Assembly: GCA_963699545.1 (NCBI GenBank)
Contig: CAVOUE010000004.1
Coordinates: 64,001 to 128,000, forward strand
DNA: 64,000 nucleotides
Direction: 5' to 3'
Source of the DNA: Nitrospirota bacterium
GTDB taxonomy: Bacteria > Nitrospirota > Thermodesulfovibrionia > Thermodesulfovibrionales > UBA9159
The stretch's first letter is position 1. Every line of letters starts with the position of its first letter. Below are positions 9,552-19,400 of the stretch, one piece after another. The position numbers and the translations under genes are program-made. A model generated the notes under the pieces. That model was not told the origin of the DNA, made no database searches, and saw only the letters and a program-made list of their open reading frames with translations.

Positions 9552-10118
9552 ATGGCATCTGAGAGAGACAAAAAGATAAAGGGGGATCAAAGCAGGAAAG
9601 AGAAGAGCTCGGGGGGCATCAGCATCCGTCGTTTTGTCATCACGTACTTCGTACTGATGAGTGTCTTTTTCCTTCTCACCTGGTTTAAACCTCTCTATGC
9701 GATCATAGATCTAAACGGGTTGTACACCCAATCCGTCGTTATAGTGACCTCAAAGGTAGTGGGTCTCCTGGGGATACCCTGCGCGTACCATGGCTCTGTC
9801 ATATTGCTTCCGGATCTGTCTCTCGACGTGAAGTTTGGGTGCAACGGGCTCGAGGCAGTAATGATGTATGCCACTGCAGTACTGGCGTATCCCGCACAGT
9901 GGAAGAAGAAGATCATCGGGATAACAGCCGGGTTTATAGTCCTCCAAACAACAAACATCATGAGAATTGTACTGCTCGTCTATGCGGGTATCCATATGAG
10001 GGGTCTTTTTGAGTATATGCATATTTATGTCGCACAGGGCATAATGATCGTACTGGCTCTCGGCGTCTTCTTCATCTATCTAAACTATGCGAAAGCTATT
10101 AAAGAAATTCATTCCTGA
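9552..10118 (+). CDS. xrtH: Exosortase H-like (IPTL-CTERM-specific)
   Basis: Cys-Arg-His triad motifs GCNGLEA, NIMRIV and MHIYVAQ; adjacent to an IPTL-CTERM protein. Confidence 0.8.
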   Translation: MASERDKKIKGDQSRKEKSSGGISIRRFVITYFVLMSVFFLLTWFKPLYAIIDLNGLYTQSVVIVTSKVVGLLGIPCAYHGSVILLPDLSLDVKFGCNGLEAVMMYATAVLAYPAQWKKKIIGITAGFIVLQTTNIMRIVLLVYAGIHMRGLFEYMHIYVAQGIMIVLALGVFFIYLNYAKAIKEIHS

Positions 10119-10665
10119 GTCTCTAGTCCTCAGAGCGATCCTCATCTTTTTTTTGGCCTATGTGCCGCTCGTCATCCTCTGGATACAGGTGAAAGGCCCC
10201 TATGAGTACCTTATCACCTTTGTAGCATCGAAAGGTGTTGCAGGGGTAAAAGACGCGAAATTAGAAAATATCATGTCGGAAGGGAACGGTGTCAGGACGT
10301 GGTTCAAATACCGCGGGGAGGGAAAGAGAGGGAGGGCCATCGTTGCGCAAAGCAAGGTATCGATCAACACTTCCAACGTCCCTTTGACCCTGTCCCTTCT
10401 TGCCTCGCTTTCTCTTTTTCTGACGAGAAGGGCGAGGGCCTGTGCAGAGGCCCTTCTCATGCTCCTCTTCCTTCATCTCCTCTATGTCTTTTCCTTTGAG
10501 ATGCTGCAATTGACCACTGTGTTCATGACCGCGGGAATCGAAGAGGTAGGTCAGATCCGAATATCCCTCTATCAGTTCTTGTCGGGCTTAACAGACTACG
10601 CTTCCATGAGTTTCGCTCCTTTCCTGATTCTGATCTATGTGTTTATGAGATTCAGGAGACCGTGA
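10087..10665 (+). CDS. Exosortase-associated membrane protein
   Basis: Multi-TM protein overlapping the exosortase gene. Confidence 0.65.
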   Translation: MRKLLKKFIPESLVLRAILIFFLAYVPLVILWIQVKGPYEYLITFVASKGVAGVKDAKLENIMSEGNGVRTWFKYRGEGKRGRAIVAQSKVSINTSNVPLTLSLLASLSLFLTRRARACAEALLMLLFLHLLYVFSFEMLQLTTVFMTAGIEEVGQIRISLYQFLSGLTDYASMSFAPFLILIYVFMRFRRP

Positions 10666-10756
10666 ATTGATTATTTTCAGACATCGAAAGCCCCATCCCG
10701 TAAGGAATAATGAGGAGAACAAAGTCACCCGCCGGGTCAGAAGAGGGTTTCAGGGT

Positions 10757-11449
10757 TTATGAAAATACCTTGAAGAGGATAAAGGTGAGGAGAGCACCCA
10801 TCATGCCCCCCATGATGACCTCCCACGGGGTATGGATCCTCGATGTGACCCTGCTTGCCGCGATGAATGCCGCCAGGATAAAACAGAGGGCCGATGCGAA
10901 AAGACTGCCGGTGGTGTAAACAACGACGACCCAGATGGAGAAGGCGAGGGCTGAGTGGCCGCTGGGTATCCCTCCCCGCAGCGGGGTTCCTTTTCCGAAG
11001 TAGGCCTTGGCCACTACAACAAGGATCAGCACGAGGGTGACCGCTATAACGGAGATCTCTTCCGGCGAGTGCCTTGCGATATGGAATCCCCTTTGGATCC
11101 CATCGCGGATATAGGGGAAAAGGATGATGTATCCTATGACGGCTGCGCCGAAGGCTGTGGTAAGAACCGCACCCGCAGCGACATCCTTTATTATCTTCGC
11201 CTTCTCGCTGTGCCCGGGAGAAACCATATCCACCATGGCTTCTATGGCCGTGTTCATGAGCTCGGCAAGCAAGACCACAATAACGGTAAGGGCTATGATG
11301 AGAAAGTCATTTCGGGACACGCCGAGCGCGTAACTCAGGATCAGGACAAACGCTGCTGAGTAGAGGTGATACCTTATGTGCCGCTGGGTCTTGGTCCCGT
11401 GGAGAATTCCTTCGATGGCAAAATTGGTGCTCTTAATCCATCGTCTCAA
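10757..11449 (-). CDS. dgkA: Diacylglycerol kinase (DgkA)-PAP2 phosphatase fusion
   Basis: FAIEGI, ELMNTAIE, KDVAAGAV, then GGIPSGHSA and SRV...IHT. Confidence 0.9.
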   Translation of the reverse strand: MRRWIKSTNFAIEGILHGTKTQRHIRYHLYSAAFVLILSYALGVSRNDFLIIALTVIVVLLAELMNTAIEAMVDMVSPGHSEKAKIIKDVAAGAVLTTAFGAAVIGYIILFPYIRDGIQRGFHIARHSPEEISVIAVTLVLILVVVAKAYFGKGTPLRGGIPSGHSALAFSIWVVVVYTTGSLFASALCFILAAFIAASRVTSRIHTPWEVIMGGMMGALLTFILFKVFS

Positions 11450-11885
11450 GGGTATCCCTCAGCGTTTTTTCCATCTGTCTCATCCTCTTTGCCTGGTAAC
11501 GGGTTCTCTCGTGGTCGTAGCCAAGGAGATGGAGGAACCCGTGGATGAGGAGCCTTCTCATCTCTTCACTGAGGCTGACGCCGTATCCGACCGCCTGTCT
11601 CTGTGCAGCATGAGGATTGATCACGAGATCCCCCAGTAGGAACTCAGAGTCGGCAGGCATCTCCTTCTTGCTGTGATACAGAGGAAAAGAGAGAACATCA
11701 GTGGTCCTGTCTGCGTTCCGGTGGATGCGGTTAAGGTCTTTCATCCGCCTGTCGTTGACGACGAGAATCCCGAGTTCTGCCTTGTCAAGGTTGAACGATG
11801 CGAGGAGTTTGAGGGAGTCCTTTTTTATTTTCCTGGGATTTATCCTTATGAGGCTTTGATGGTTCTTTATGATGACCTTCATCAA
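11433..11885 (-). CDS. ybeY: rRNA maturation endoribonuclease
   Basis: TTDVLSFP, LGDLVI, IHGFLHLLGYDH. Confidence 0.95.
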   Translation of the reverse strand: MMKVIIKNHQSLIRINPRKIKKDSLKLLASFNLDKAELGILVVNDRRMKDLNRIHRNADRTTDVLSFPLYHSKKEMPADSEFLLGDLVINPHAAQRQAVGYGVSLSEEMRRLLIHGFLHLLGYDHERTRYQAKRMRQMEKTLRDTLETMD

Positions 11886-13376
11886 CGTTCAGGGCATGCT
11901 GCAGTTCCGCCGCAATCCCCCTTTCACCGTCCTTTGATCCTTTCTTTGTTCCCTCGCCGAAATCAAAACCCGGATAATCTACCCTCTTGTGAAGATGCCG
12001 GTGAGTATATACGAAAAATGGGTTTTTATCTCGGATATGTCCTTGAGGGTCAGTTCGCACTCGTCGAGCTGGCCTTCAAGGAATATGTGGTTGATTATCT
12101 TGTCCACAAGGGCAGCGATCCGCGCCGGAGTAGGGTCGTTGAGGACCCTTGAGGAGGCCTCTACAGCATCCGCCATCATAACAAGCGCTGCCACCCGGGT
12201 CTGCGGTTTCGGACCGGGATATTTGTATTCATCCATCTGACGGATGATTTCCCGCGTCCAGGTCCTTTGCCTTCTGGTAGAAATAGGTGATCAGCGCATC
12301 GTCCGTGGTGCTGCTGATGATGTCGATGATCGACTGCGGCAGCTTGTATGTGCTGACCAGTTCAACCCCTTCCTTTACATGGGTTATGATGATCATGCTG
12401 CTCATGTGCGGTGTCAGTTTGTCGTGCTTGCTCGGCCATTGCCCGGGTTCTCCACGAAATATTCCGGCATCTTTATCTTGCCGATGTCATGGTAGTAGGA
12501 GCTGACCCTTGCAAGCAGGGGGTTTACACCGACCGCCTCTGCAGCCGACTCCACCAGATTGCCGACAATGACGCTGTGATGGTAGGTGCCGGGCGCTGTT
12601 ATCATCAGGGTCTTCATGAGCGGCTGGTTGAGGTCCAGAAGTTCAAGAAGGCTTATGTCTGTGGTGATCTTGAAGGCATATTCAAGGAGCGGCAGCAGCA
12701 TCGAGACGATCGCAGAGACGCTGATGCTCCGGAGATCGCAAAGACGAGTGTGGACGCAGCCTTTCCGGTGAAGAGATCTCCCTGAAAAAGCAGGAGAATC
12801 AGCACGAGGTATTATGTTGGCTCCGATGACATAGAGTCCGCCCTCAGAGCAGGGCAGACCGCTTCTTGCACCGGATAACGCTGAATGCCGCGGTGAGGCT
12901 GCCTGCGAAGGTATAGACCGGATAGAGCGGATCGTTCAGCCATAGACCGGAAAGGAAACTTATGGTAAAGGAGAAGATGATGGCTGTATGGAAGTCAAAC
13001 AGCAGGGTCACGAACATCGCTCCTGCCGCTATGGGAATTCCGTAAACTGCATCTTCAACACAGGAGAACGAACCCTTTCGAGAGGTTGAGAAGCACATAA
13101 TCGGAGATCCTGCCGTTATGATTGTCCTGATGATCATGAGGCCGAGGAGTACGAGCATGTTGTAGTTGTTCATATACAGGGGCTTGTAGCGCATGATGTC
13201 CCTGTAGAGGATGACAAGGAGCAAAGGAGATCAGGACCCCGCCCACGAGGGATTCACCGTTTACCCTGTTCTGTATTGCGCAGAGGTCAGCAGCGAGAGG
13301 ACGATGAGGAGACCGTACTTTCTTGCCGCTGTAATCTCACTCTGCGGTTTTTGGATTATCTGTACTCGTTTTTCAT
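11882..13376 (-). CDS. 7TM-HD (HDIG) phosphohydrolase, PgpH-like; split by several frameshifts (probably sequence errors); ends approximate
   Basis: Fragments [31 protein letters not shown]; canonical phoH-HD-ybeY-dgkA order. Confidence 0.85.
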
Positions 13377-14316
13377 ATTTTTCATATGCCTTGACAATCT
13401 CCTGTACCAGTTTGTGCCTTACCACATCCTTCTCGGAGAAAAAGATAAACTTGATCCCCTCAATTCCCTCGAGGATCCCTTTATTTCCACAAGACCCGAT
13501 GTCCTTCCCGGGGGCAGGTCGATCTGGGTCGTATCGCCGGTTATCACGGTCTTTGAGTTGAATCCCAGCCTTGTGAGGTACATCTTCATCTGCTCCAAGG
13601 TGGTGTTCTGGGCCTCATCGAGAATGATGAAGGAATCGTTGAGGGTCCTTCCCCTCATGAAGGCAAGGGGCGCTATTTCTATGACCCCGCGTTCTATGAG
13701 CTTTGCTCACCTTTTCAGGCTCCATCATGTCAAAAAGCGCGTCATAGAGGGGCCTGAGATAAGGGTTTATTTTTTCGTAGATATCTCCGGGCAGAAAGCC
13801 CAGTTTTTCTCCCGCCTCCATGGCAGGACGCGCAAGGACGATCCTGCTGATTTCTTTTTTCAGAAAGGCGTTGATCGCCATGGCCATGGCAAGATAGGTC
13901 TTTCCTGTTCCTGCAGGGCCAATACCGATCACGATATCGTGGATCTTTATGCCTCGATATACTGTTTCTGGATCTCTGTTTTCGGAATAATGAACCGTTT
14001 TTTTGAGGATACGGGTATGTGGTTCGTGAGAAGGTCTCTCAGGGACCCTTCGCCCCCCTTGGAGATGGCCCTTACCGCAAAACGGATGTCTTCCGGATTG
14101 AGCAGGTAGCCCTCTTCACTCAATGAGCGCAACTCGTTAATGAGATTCTCCGCCTTATGGGCTGCGGGTTCATCGCCCTGGATGAAGATCCTGCTGCCCC
14201 TGGCGCTTATCGTAACACCGAGGGACTCTTCGATAAGTTTGAGATTCCTGGTGAGACTGCCGTGAAGGAGGGGAAGTTCCTTCTCGGCGTCAAGATCTAT
14301 CTGTGTGGTAACCGTA
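13356..14316 (-). CDS. phoH: PhoH family protein, split by frameshifts; start approximate
   Basis: [43 protein letters not shown] and DVVRHKLV in successive frames. Confidence 0.9.
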
Positions 14317-14327
14317 GTCGCTCCTTC

Positions 14328-15107
14328 TTATTTCTTGACCAAGGAAAAGGCATTCAGGCCATCTGTGTTCTTCAGTTCGAGCGCGAACGCCGCTGCCTCT
14401 TTCTTATTTTCGAATTCACCGGTTCTCACTTTAAAAAAAACCACACCTCCGGCATTCGCCTCTTTCGTTACTGATGTCTTATACTTCTTTGCTTCAAGTT
14501 TCCGTTTCAGTGTCTCCGCATCTTCCCGATTCTTGAAGGCCCCGGCCTGCACCGTATACACGACGTTATCGGCGGATGAACCTCCAGACCCCGACATAGC
14601 CGTGGAGCCCTCGGCTGGGGACGATCTCGCCGCTGCCTGGTCTTCCGGTCCGGCAGTCCGGGAAACAGCTGTCCGGGCCGGGAGTCTCTTCTCACCGGCA
14701 GATGCTTTCACGTCAGACACTGATGGTGTCTGTCTCGCGGATATTCCCGCTCTCCTCTTGTCAGGCGTTTCCGCCCTGGAGGGAGATTTCTGAAGGGGTG
14801 AGGGTGTGATGTCAGGCTGCTTATTTTCCGGCAACGGGCTCTGTACGACGGAAAGGGGTGCTGATAATCCCTCACCCGCGGGATTTGCTCCCGGAACGGG
14901 CGCTGGAGGAGTACCTTCTCCCTCATTCAGCTGCTGTTTCACTGAAGAGGTCGTGGAAGGGGACGATACGCTCTTGCCTACAAAATATCCCAGGGTGAAG
15001 CCCCCGGTTGTAGCGGTTACCACCAGAATACTGAGGAACACCTTTCCGGAGAGAGCGTGACTCAACCGCGATGCCCTTTCATCATAAAATAAGCATAGCA
15101 TCTCCAT
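14328..15107 (-). CDS. SPOR domain cell-division protein
   Basis: N-terminal TM, low-complexity linker, YTVQAGAF...FKVRTGEF. Confidence 0.88.
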   Translation of the reverse strand: MEMLCLFYDERASRLSHALSGKVFLSILVVTATTGGFTLGYFVGKSVSSPSTTSSVKQQLNEGEGTPPAPVPGANPAGEGLSAPLSVVQSPLPENKQPDITPSPLQKSPSRAETPDKRRAGISARQTPSVSDVKASAGEKRLPARTAVSRTAGPEDQAAARSSPAEGSTAMSGSGGSSADNVVYTVQAGAFKNREDAETLKRKLEAKKYKTSVTKEANAGGVVFFKVRTGEFENKKEAAAFALELKNTDGLNAFSLVKK

Positions 15108-16194
15108 AGGAGAAAAATCTATATTCCATGCTCACGGCTGACCGGTAGGCATTGAGGAGATTTCCCGCTCCTGAAAAGGCTGAAGTGAGCATGAGGGGGG
15201 TCGATCCGGGGAGATGGAAATTCGTTATGAGGGAATCGATCACCTTGAAGGGAAAACCGGGATAGATAAAGACGTCCGTCTTCCCCCTGAAGGAACCATT
15301 CTGAGAGTTCGGGGTTCGGAGTTCAGTGGCCTCGGGCGACTCGCCGGGGCGAGAGTTCGGAGTCGGGTGCATTTGTTTGCTCTCTGAAGTTGATTTATCA
15401 CAGCCTTCATATCTTCCGCTGACAAATCCTTCGATGGCCCTGGTCGTTGTCGTCCCGACCGAGACCACCCTTCTGCCCGATGCCTTAACTTCCCTGATCG
15501 TTTCCGGAAGGTCATGGTCAATTTCGAAGGATTCCGCGTCCATGTGGTGTTCGTTGGGATTTTCGACGCGAATGGGCCTGAATGTGCCGGTCCCTATGTG
15601 GAGGGTGAGAGACCTGACGAGTACCCCTTTTTCCTCAAGCGTCGACAACAGTTCACGTGAAAAGTGAAGACCGGCAGTGGGGGCGGCAATGGAGCCTTCC
15701 CTGGAAGCGTAAACCGTTTGATACCATTCCCTGTCCCTTTCCTCCGGGTCTCTCCTGATGTAGGGGGGAAGAGGCATTGATCCCAGGTTCCACAGGACTT
15801 CTCTGAAATTGCTTGCGTGCCCTGCAGGGGAGTGAAGTCTCAGGGACTTCCCCTCGAACATCTCTCCGGAAAACCCCCCGGCCACCTGTATTTCTCCCGT
15901 GTATCTCTCCCTGGTGAGCACTTCCCAGACGTCGGGTCCGGCCTCCCTGACAAGGAGCAGCTCCATTTTTCCCCCCGTCTTTTTTTCCCCCGTCAATCGT
16001 GCGGGGAACACCTTTGTGTCATTCAGGAGCAAAAGGTCCCCTTTGTGAAGGTAGTAAGGGAGGTGGAAGAATCTTCTGTGCTCTATGGAGCCATCCCGCT
16101 GGAGCACAAGAAGTCTGCAGCTGTCCCGGGGCGTTGCCGGTCTTTTTGCTATGAGCGACTCGGGGAGATGGAAGTCGAAATCAGTTGCCTTCAT
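15082..16194 (-). CDS. queA: S-adenosylmethionine:tRNA ribosyltransferase-isomerase
   Basis: DFDFHLP, PLPPYI, AAPTAGLHF, VGTTTTR, TNFHLP.ST, YRFFSYGDAM. Confidence 0.97.
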   Translation of the reverse strand: MKATDFDFHLPESLIAKRPATPRDSCRLLVLQRDGSIEHRRFFHLPYYLHKGDLLLLNDTKVFPARLTGEKKTGGKMELLLVREAGPDVWEVLTRERYTGEIQVAGGFSGEMFEGKSLRLHSPAGHASNFREVLWNLGSMPLPPYIRRDPEERDREWYQTVYASREGSIAAPTAGLHFSRELLSTLEEKGVLVRSLTLHIGTGTFRPIRVENPNEHHMDAESFEIDHDLPETIREVKASGRRVVSVGTTTTRAIEGFVSGRYEGCDKSTSESKQMHPTPNSRPGESPEATELRTPNSQNGSFRGKTDVFIYPGFPFKVIDSLITNFHLPGSTPLMLTSAFSGAGNLLNAYRSAVSMEYRFFSYGDAMLIL

Positions 16195-17170
16195 AGAGCT
16201 GAATCTCTGTCCCGGGATAGAAAAAAGAGAGGATCTCCCTGTAGTTCTTTCCCTCTCTTGCCATCTGAAGGGCGCTCCACTGGCAGAGTCCGACCCCGTG
16301 TCCGTATCCTTTGCCTTCGAAGGTGACCGAGGTTCCGTTCACCTTCACGCTGAAGTTGGTGCTTGGCAACCTTGACCAGCCGAGAAGCTTTCTGAACTCA
16401 GTAGCCTTAAGCACAGTCTGCTCGGACTCCATCTCAACGAGGATCTCCTTTGCCCTCCCCGTGGACGTGTAAGAATGGATGGTCACGCCTTTTATGCCTT
16501 TTATGTTGAGGGCTTTTTCGATCTCCTCTTTCGGAATCTTTCGTTCCCACACCCAGTAAGGGGACAGTTCGCAGTTAGACTCCACGGACGTAAGATACGG
16601 GTAGCTCTTTCCGAACACCTCTTCAGCGTTTTCTGTCCTGCCGCCGCTCGTCGAATGGTACAGGGCCTCTATCGGCTTCCCTTCATACATGAGGATCTCT
16701 CCGGCCGTCTCTCTCGCCGCATACGAGATCTGTATCGGTGGGCTGCTGCCTTTATATACCTGGTGCAGGACAGAGGACGTGAGGTCGTACCGGGGATTTC
16801 CGCTGGTGAGTTTCTTGTAGACCGCGTAGGTGCGCGAAATGACCGCCTGGGCCTTGAGGGCTTCAATATCCCAGTTTGCACCGATCTCCGAGGCGACCAC
16901 ATTCTCCACGTATTCCTCCAGAGAGAGTTCATTGATGAGGTAAAGCCCTTTCTCTCCCCTCCAGACCTCGATGGTGCCGCTGTAATGTGTGCCGTTCACG
17001 AGGAGGTCACCCGCCGAACGTCCCATCATCACCAGTTTTTCTTCCTTGTCGGGGACGGTGTAGTTATCTTCGAGAATGAGGACTTTTATTTTCGAGCCAG
17101 GCGCCGAATAGGCCGCTGAAGGTATAACGATCATAAGAAGAGCGAGGTAAGCAAAACGCTTCCACATCAT
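16181..17170 (-). CDS. SpoIID/LytB domain lytic transglycosylase
   Basis: LEEYV..VV.SE, EALKAQAV.SRTY, GYGHGVGLCQW. Confidence 0.92.
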   Translation of the reverse strand: MMWKRFAYLALLMIVIPSAAYSAPGSKIKVLILEDNYTVPDKEEKLVMMGRSAGDLLVNGTHYSGTIEVWRGEKGLYLINELSLEEYVENVVASEIGANWDIEALKAQAVISRTYAVYKKLTSGNPRYDLTSSVLHQVYKGSSPPIQISYAARETAGEILMYEGKPIEALYHSTSGGRTENAEEVFGKSYPYLTSVESNCELSPYWVWERKIPKEEIEKALNIKGIKGVTIHSYTSTGRAKEILVEMESEQTVLKATEFRKLLGWSRLPSTNFSVKVNGTSVTFEGKGYGHGVGLCQWSALQMAREGKNYREILSFFYPGTEIQLYEGN

Positions 17171-17173
17171 TCT

Positions 17174-17404
17174 TTATTTCCTCCCTAAGAGCCAAAGGAC
17201 GAAGGTAATGACAAGGCTGAGGAGTATGCTCGTAGCCAGAGGAAAATAGAAGGTGAAGTTTTTCCTCTGAATCACAATGTCCCCGGGAAGTCTTCCGATC
17301 CACGGGACCCTCCCCGAAAGAAGCACAAGCCCGCCCACCACGGCGATGATGATCCCTGTGATGATAAGGAATCTCCCGATCTGCTGGAGAGCGTCACCCA
17401 TCAT
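17174..17404 (-). CDS. DUF2905 family membrane protein
   Basis: GRLPGDI and FYFPLATSILLS signatures. Confidence 0.9.
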   Translation of the reverse strand: MMGDALQQIGRFLIITGIIIAVVGGLVLLSGRVPWIGRLPGDIVIQRKNFTFYFPLATSILLSLVITFVLWLLGRK

Positions 17405-17956
17405 TTACGTCCGCGGTGCAGAAGGACAGGAGTTCTCTGTTCCTTCGCCTTCTGAAAATATGCACCCGCAGTATCTCTGTCTGTAAAGGCCGAGTTCTCT
17501 CGATACCCCGATATTTCCTCTGTAGCCCACCCTGAAGTCTTCCTCGTAAAAGGGAATGGAGTGCCGTTTTCCCATTTCCCTCCCGACAGCGAGGATACCT
17601 TCGAAGTTCTGGTAGGGGCTGACGAGAAGGGATGTCGTGAACCCGTCGAGGTTCATCTTTCGTGCGGTCCTGGCCGTTTCCTCCAGGCGCAGGGCATAGC
17701 ACCGCAGGCAGCGGCCCTCATCCGGATTTCCCACCTTCCTCATGAAATCATCTATTCCGTAGTGATCCGTGTACTCCACATCCAGGTTCCAGATCTCCTG
17801 GAGCTTCCGGAGGGAGTCGAGACGGAGCTGATATTCAGGATAGGGGTGTATGTTCGGGTTAAACCAGAGACCCTTTGCTTCTATCCCTTTTGTGAGAAAG
17901 TTCTTCAGCGGATAGAGACTGCAGTTGGAACAGCAGATGTGCATCAGGAGTTTCAC
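17405..17956 (-). CDS. queH: Epoxyqueuosine reductase QueH
   Basis: LLMHICC..C, NPNIHP, RC..CY..RL, LYRQ.YCGC.FS. Confidence 0.92.
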   Translation of the reverse strand: MKLLMHICCSNCSLYPLKNFLTKGIEAKGLWFNPNIHPYPEYQLRLDSLRKLQEIWNLDVEYTDHYGIDDFMRKVGNPDEGRCLRCYALRLEETARTARKMNLDGFTTSLLVSPYQNFEGILAVGREMGKRHSIPFYEEDFRVGYRGNIGVSRELGLYRQRYCGCIFSEGEGTENSCPSAPRT

Positions 17957-17963
17957 GGTCTGC

Positions 17964-18731
17964 CTACGGAATCTTCAGGGTGTCAAGAATCCCGGAGAGG
18001 CTGTTCAGGGCCGGGGAATCCTGAGGGAGGGTGTATACCGGTCTGCCGTTAAGGTCATACTCGAATATAATGTCGTCCTGGGGAACGAGACCTCCCACGG
18101 TAAGGCCGTAGTCCTCGGCCAGTTTCTTCAGTTTTACGCCGTCCGACCCGGAAACCCTGTTGATGATGAGAATCCTTTTCTCTATCTCCAGTTGCAGCTC
18201 ATCCACAAGCTCGTTGATCCTCCTGGCGGTCTGCAGGCCCTTCACCGTGGGGTCGCTCACCATGAGCAGAATATCGACCTTGTGAGTGGTCCGTCTTGAC
18301 AGGTGTTCCATGCCTGCTTCATTGTCGATGATGATATAGGGATATGTTTCCGCAAGCTTGTCGGTATATTTCCTGATTATGTTGTTGGCAGCACAGTAGC
18401 ACCCCGGGCCTTCGGGCCTGCCCATCACCAGGAGGTCCACTCCTCTTGTCTCTATGACGGACTGCTGGACCTGATAATCAAAGAGCTGTTCCATGCTCAT
18501 GCCGCCCGGACGTTCTCCTCCGCTCCTCACTGCCTGGAGAGATTCCTCTCTCAGCCGGCCGATGGTAGTGTGGACCGCAATGCCCAGGGCTTCATTGAGG
18601 CACGAGTTGCTGTCAGCGTCCACCGCAAGCACGGGTCCCTTCCGCTTTTCGATGAGGTACCTCACGGTGAGGGCGGCGATGCTTGTCTTCCCGGTTCCGC
18701 CTTTTCCTGCAAGGGCAATTAAATAGGCCAT
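17964..18731 (-). CDS. cooC: CooC/AcsF-like nickel-insertion ATPase
   Basis: GKGGTGKT, AVDAD, GPGCYC, IDNEAGMEHLSR. Confidence 0.88.
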   Translation of the reverse strand: MAYLIALAGKGGTGKTSIAALTVRYLIEKRKGPVLAVDADSNSCLNEALGIAVHTTIGRLREESLQAVRSGGERPGGMSMEQLFDYQVQQSVIETRGVDLLVMGRPEGPGCYCAANNIIRKYTDKLAETYPYIIIDNEAGMEHLSRRTTHKVDILLMVSDPTVKGLQTARRINELVDELQLEIEKRILIINRVSGSDGVKLKKLAEDYGLTVGGLVPQDDIIFEYDLNGRPVYTLPQDSPALNSLSGILDTLKIP

Positions 18732-18842
18732 TTTTAAATTATACAACAAAAGGGCATGACGTTTGTGAACAATACGAGGTGAGAAAGCGATGAAAATCTC
18801 TCTCTTGAGCCGATTAGGGAGACTTCATCCGGCGATTGTGTA

Positions 18843-19109
18843 TCACTCGAACAACCGCGTCAGCGCCACGGTCTTTTCCTCGATGCTCCTTGCGACGTCT
18901 TCCTGTTCGTTCTTCAGCTTGTGCAGCTCGTCTGCGATGTTAACGGCTGCCAGGATCGTGGCCTTCAGGGGAGTGATCGTCGGCGCGGCGTCGGAGACCT
19001 CTTTGATCTTGCCGGTCACGTAGTCTGCCAGTTGCCGGATGTATTCTTCCGACGCGTCACCTTTGATGGTATATTTCTGCCCAAGGATATACACTTCTAT
19101 CGAGCCCAT
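18843..19109 (-). CDS. zapA: Cell division protein ZapA
   Basis: V.ILGQ.Y.I, LA.YV and ILAAVNIADEL motifs. Confidence 0.92.
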   Translation of the reverse strand: MGSIEVYILGQKYTIKGDASEEYIRQLADYVTGKIKEVSDAAPTITPLKATILAAVNIADELHKLKNEQEDVARSIEEKTVALTRLFE

Positions 19110-19112
19110 CTC

Positions 19113-19394
19113 TTATCCCACGTCCAGCGTTTCAAGTTCATTGAGGAGTTCTTCGAGCTGACCCTTCATTGCTGTCTTTTCAGACGAAAGTCTTTCCACT
19201 TCCTGATCTCTCTCGCCAAGGCGGGCCTCCAGCTCCTTGATCCTCCGCTCCAGCTGCACCTTTTCGTCCTTCAGTGCCTTTACCTTGTTTACTGCGCCCG
19301 CGATCTTTTCATCCAGGTTCTTCAGTCTGTTCAATGGCTTGTCCTCCTTCGTGATATTTGCAAAGGTTTCGTCATCAAAAAGCGTTTTCTTCAT
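19113..19394 (-). CDS. ZapB-like coiled-coil protein
   Basis: Continuous coiled coil directly upstream of zapA. Confidence 0.7.
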   Translation of the reverse strand: MKKTLFDDETFANITKEDKPLNRLKNLDEKIAGAVNKVKALKDEKVQLERRIKELEARLGERDQEVERLSSEKTAMKGQLEELLNELETLDVG

Positions 19395-19400
19395 AACGGT

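Noticed and set aside
18750-18842. 6S RNA downstream of zapA
   Set aside because: Only about 110 bp lie before cooC, with one modest hairpin (ATGAAAATCTCTCT/AGGGAGACTTCAT). This is too short for a typical 6S RNA.
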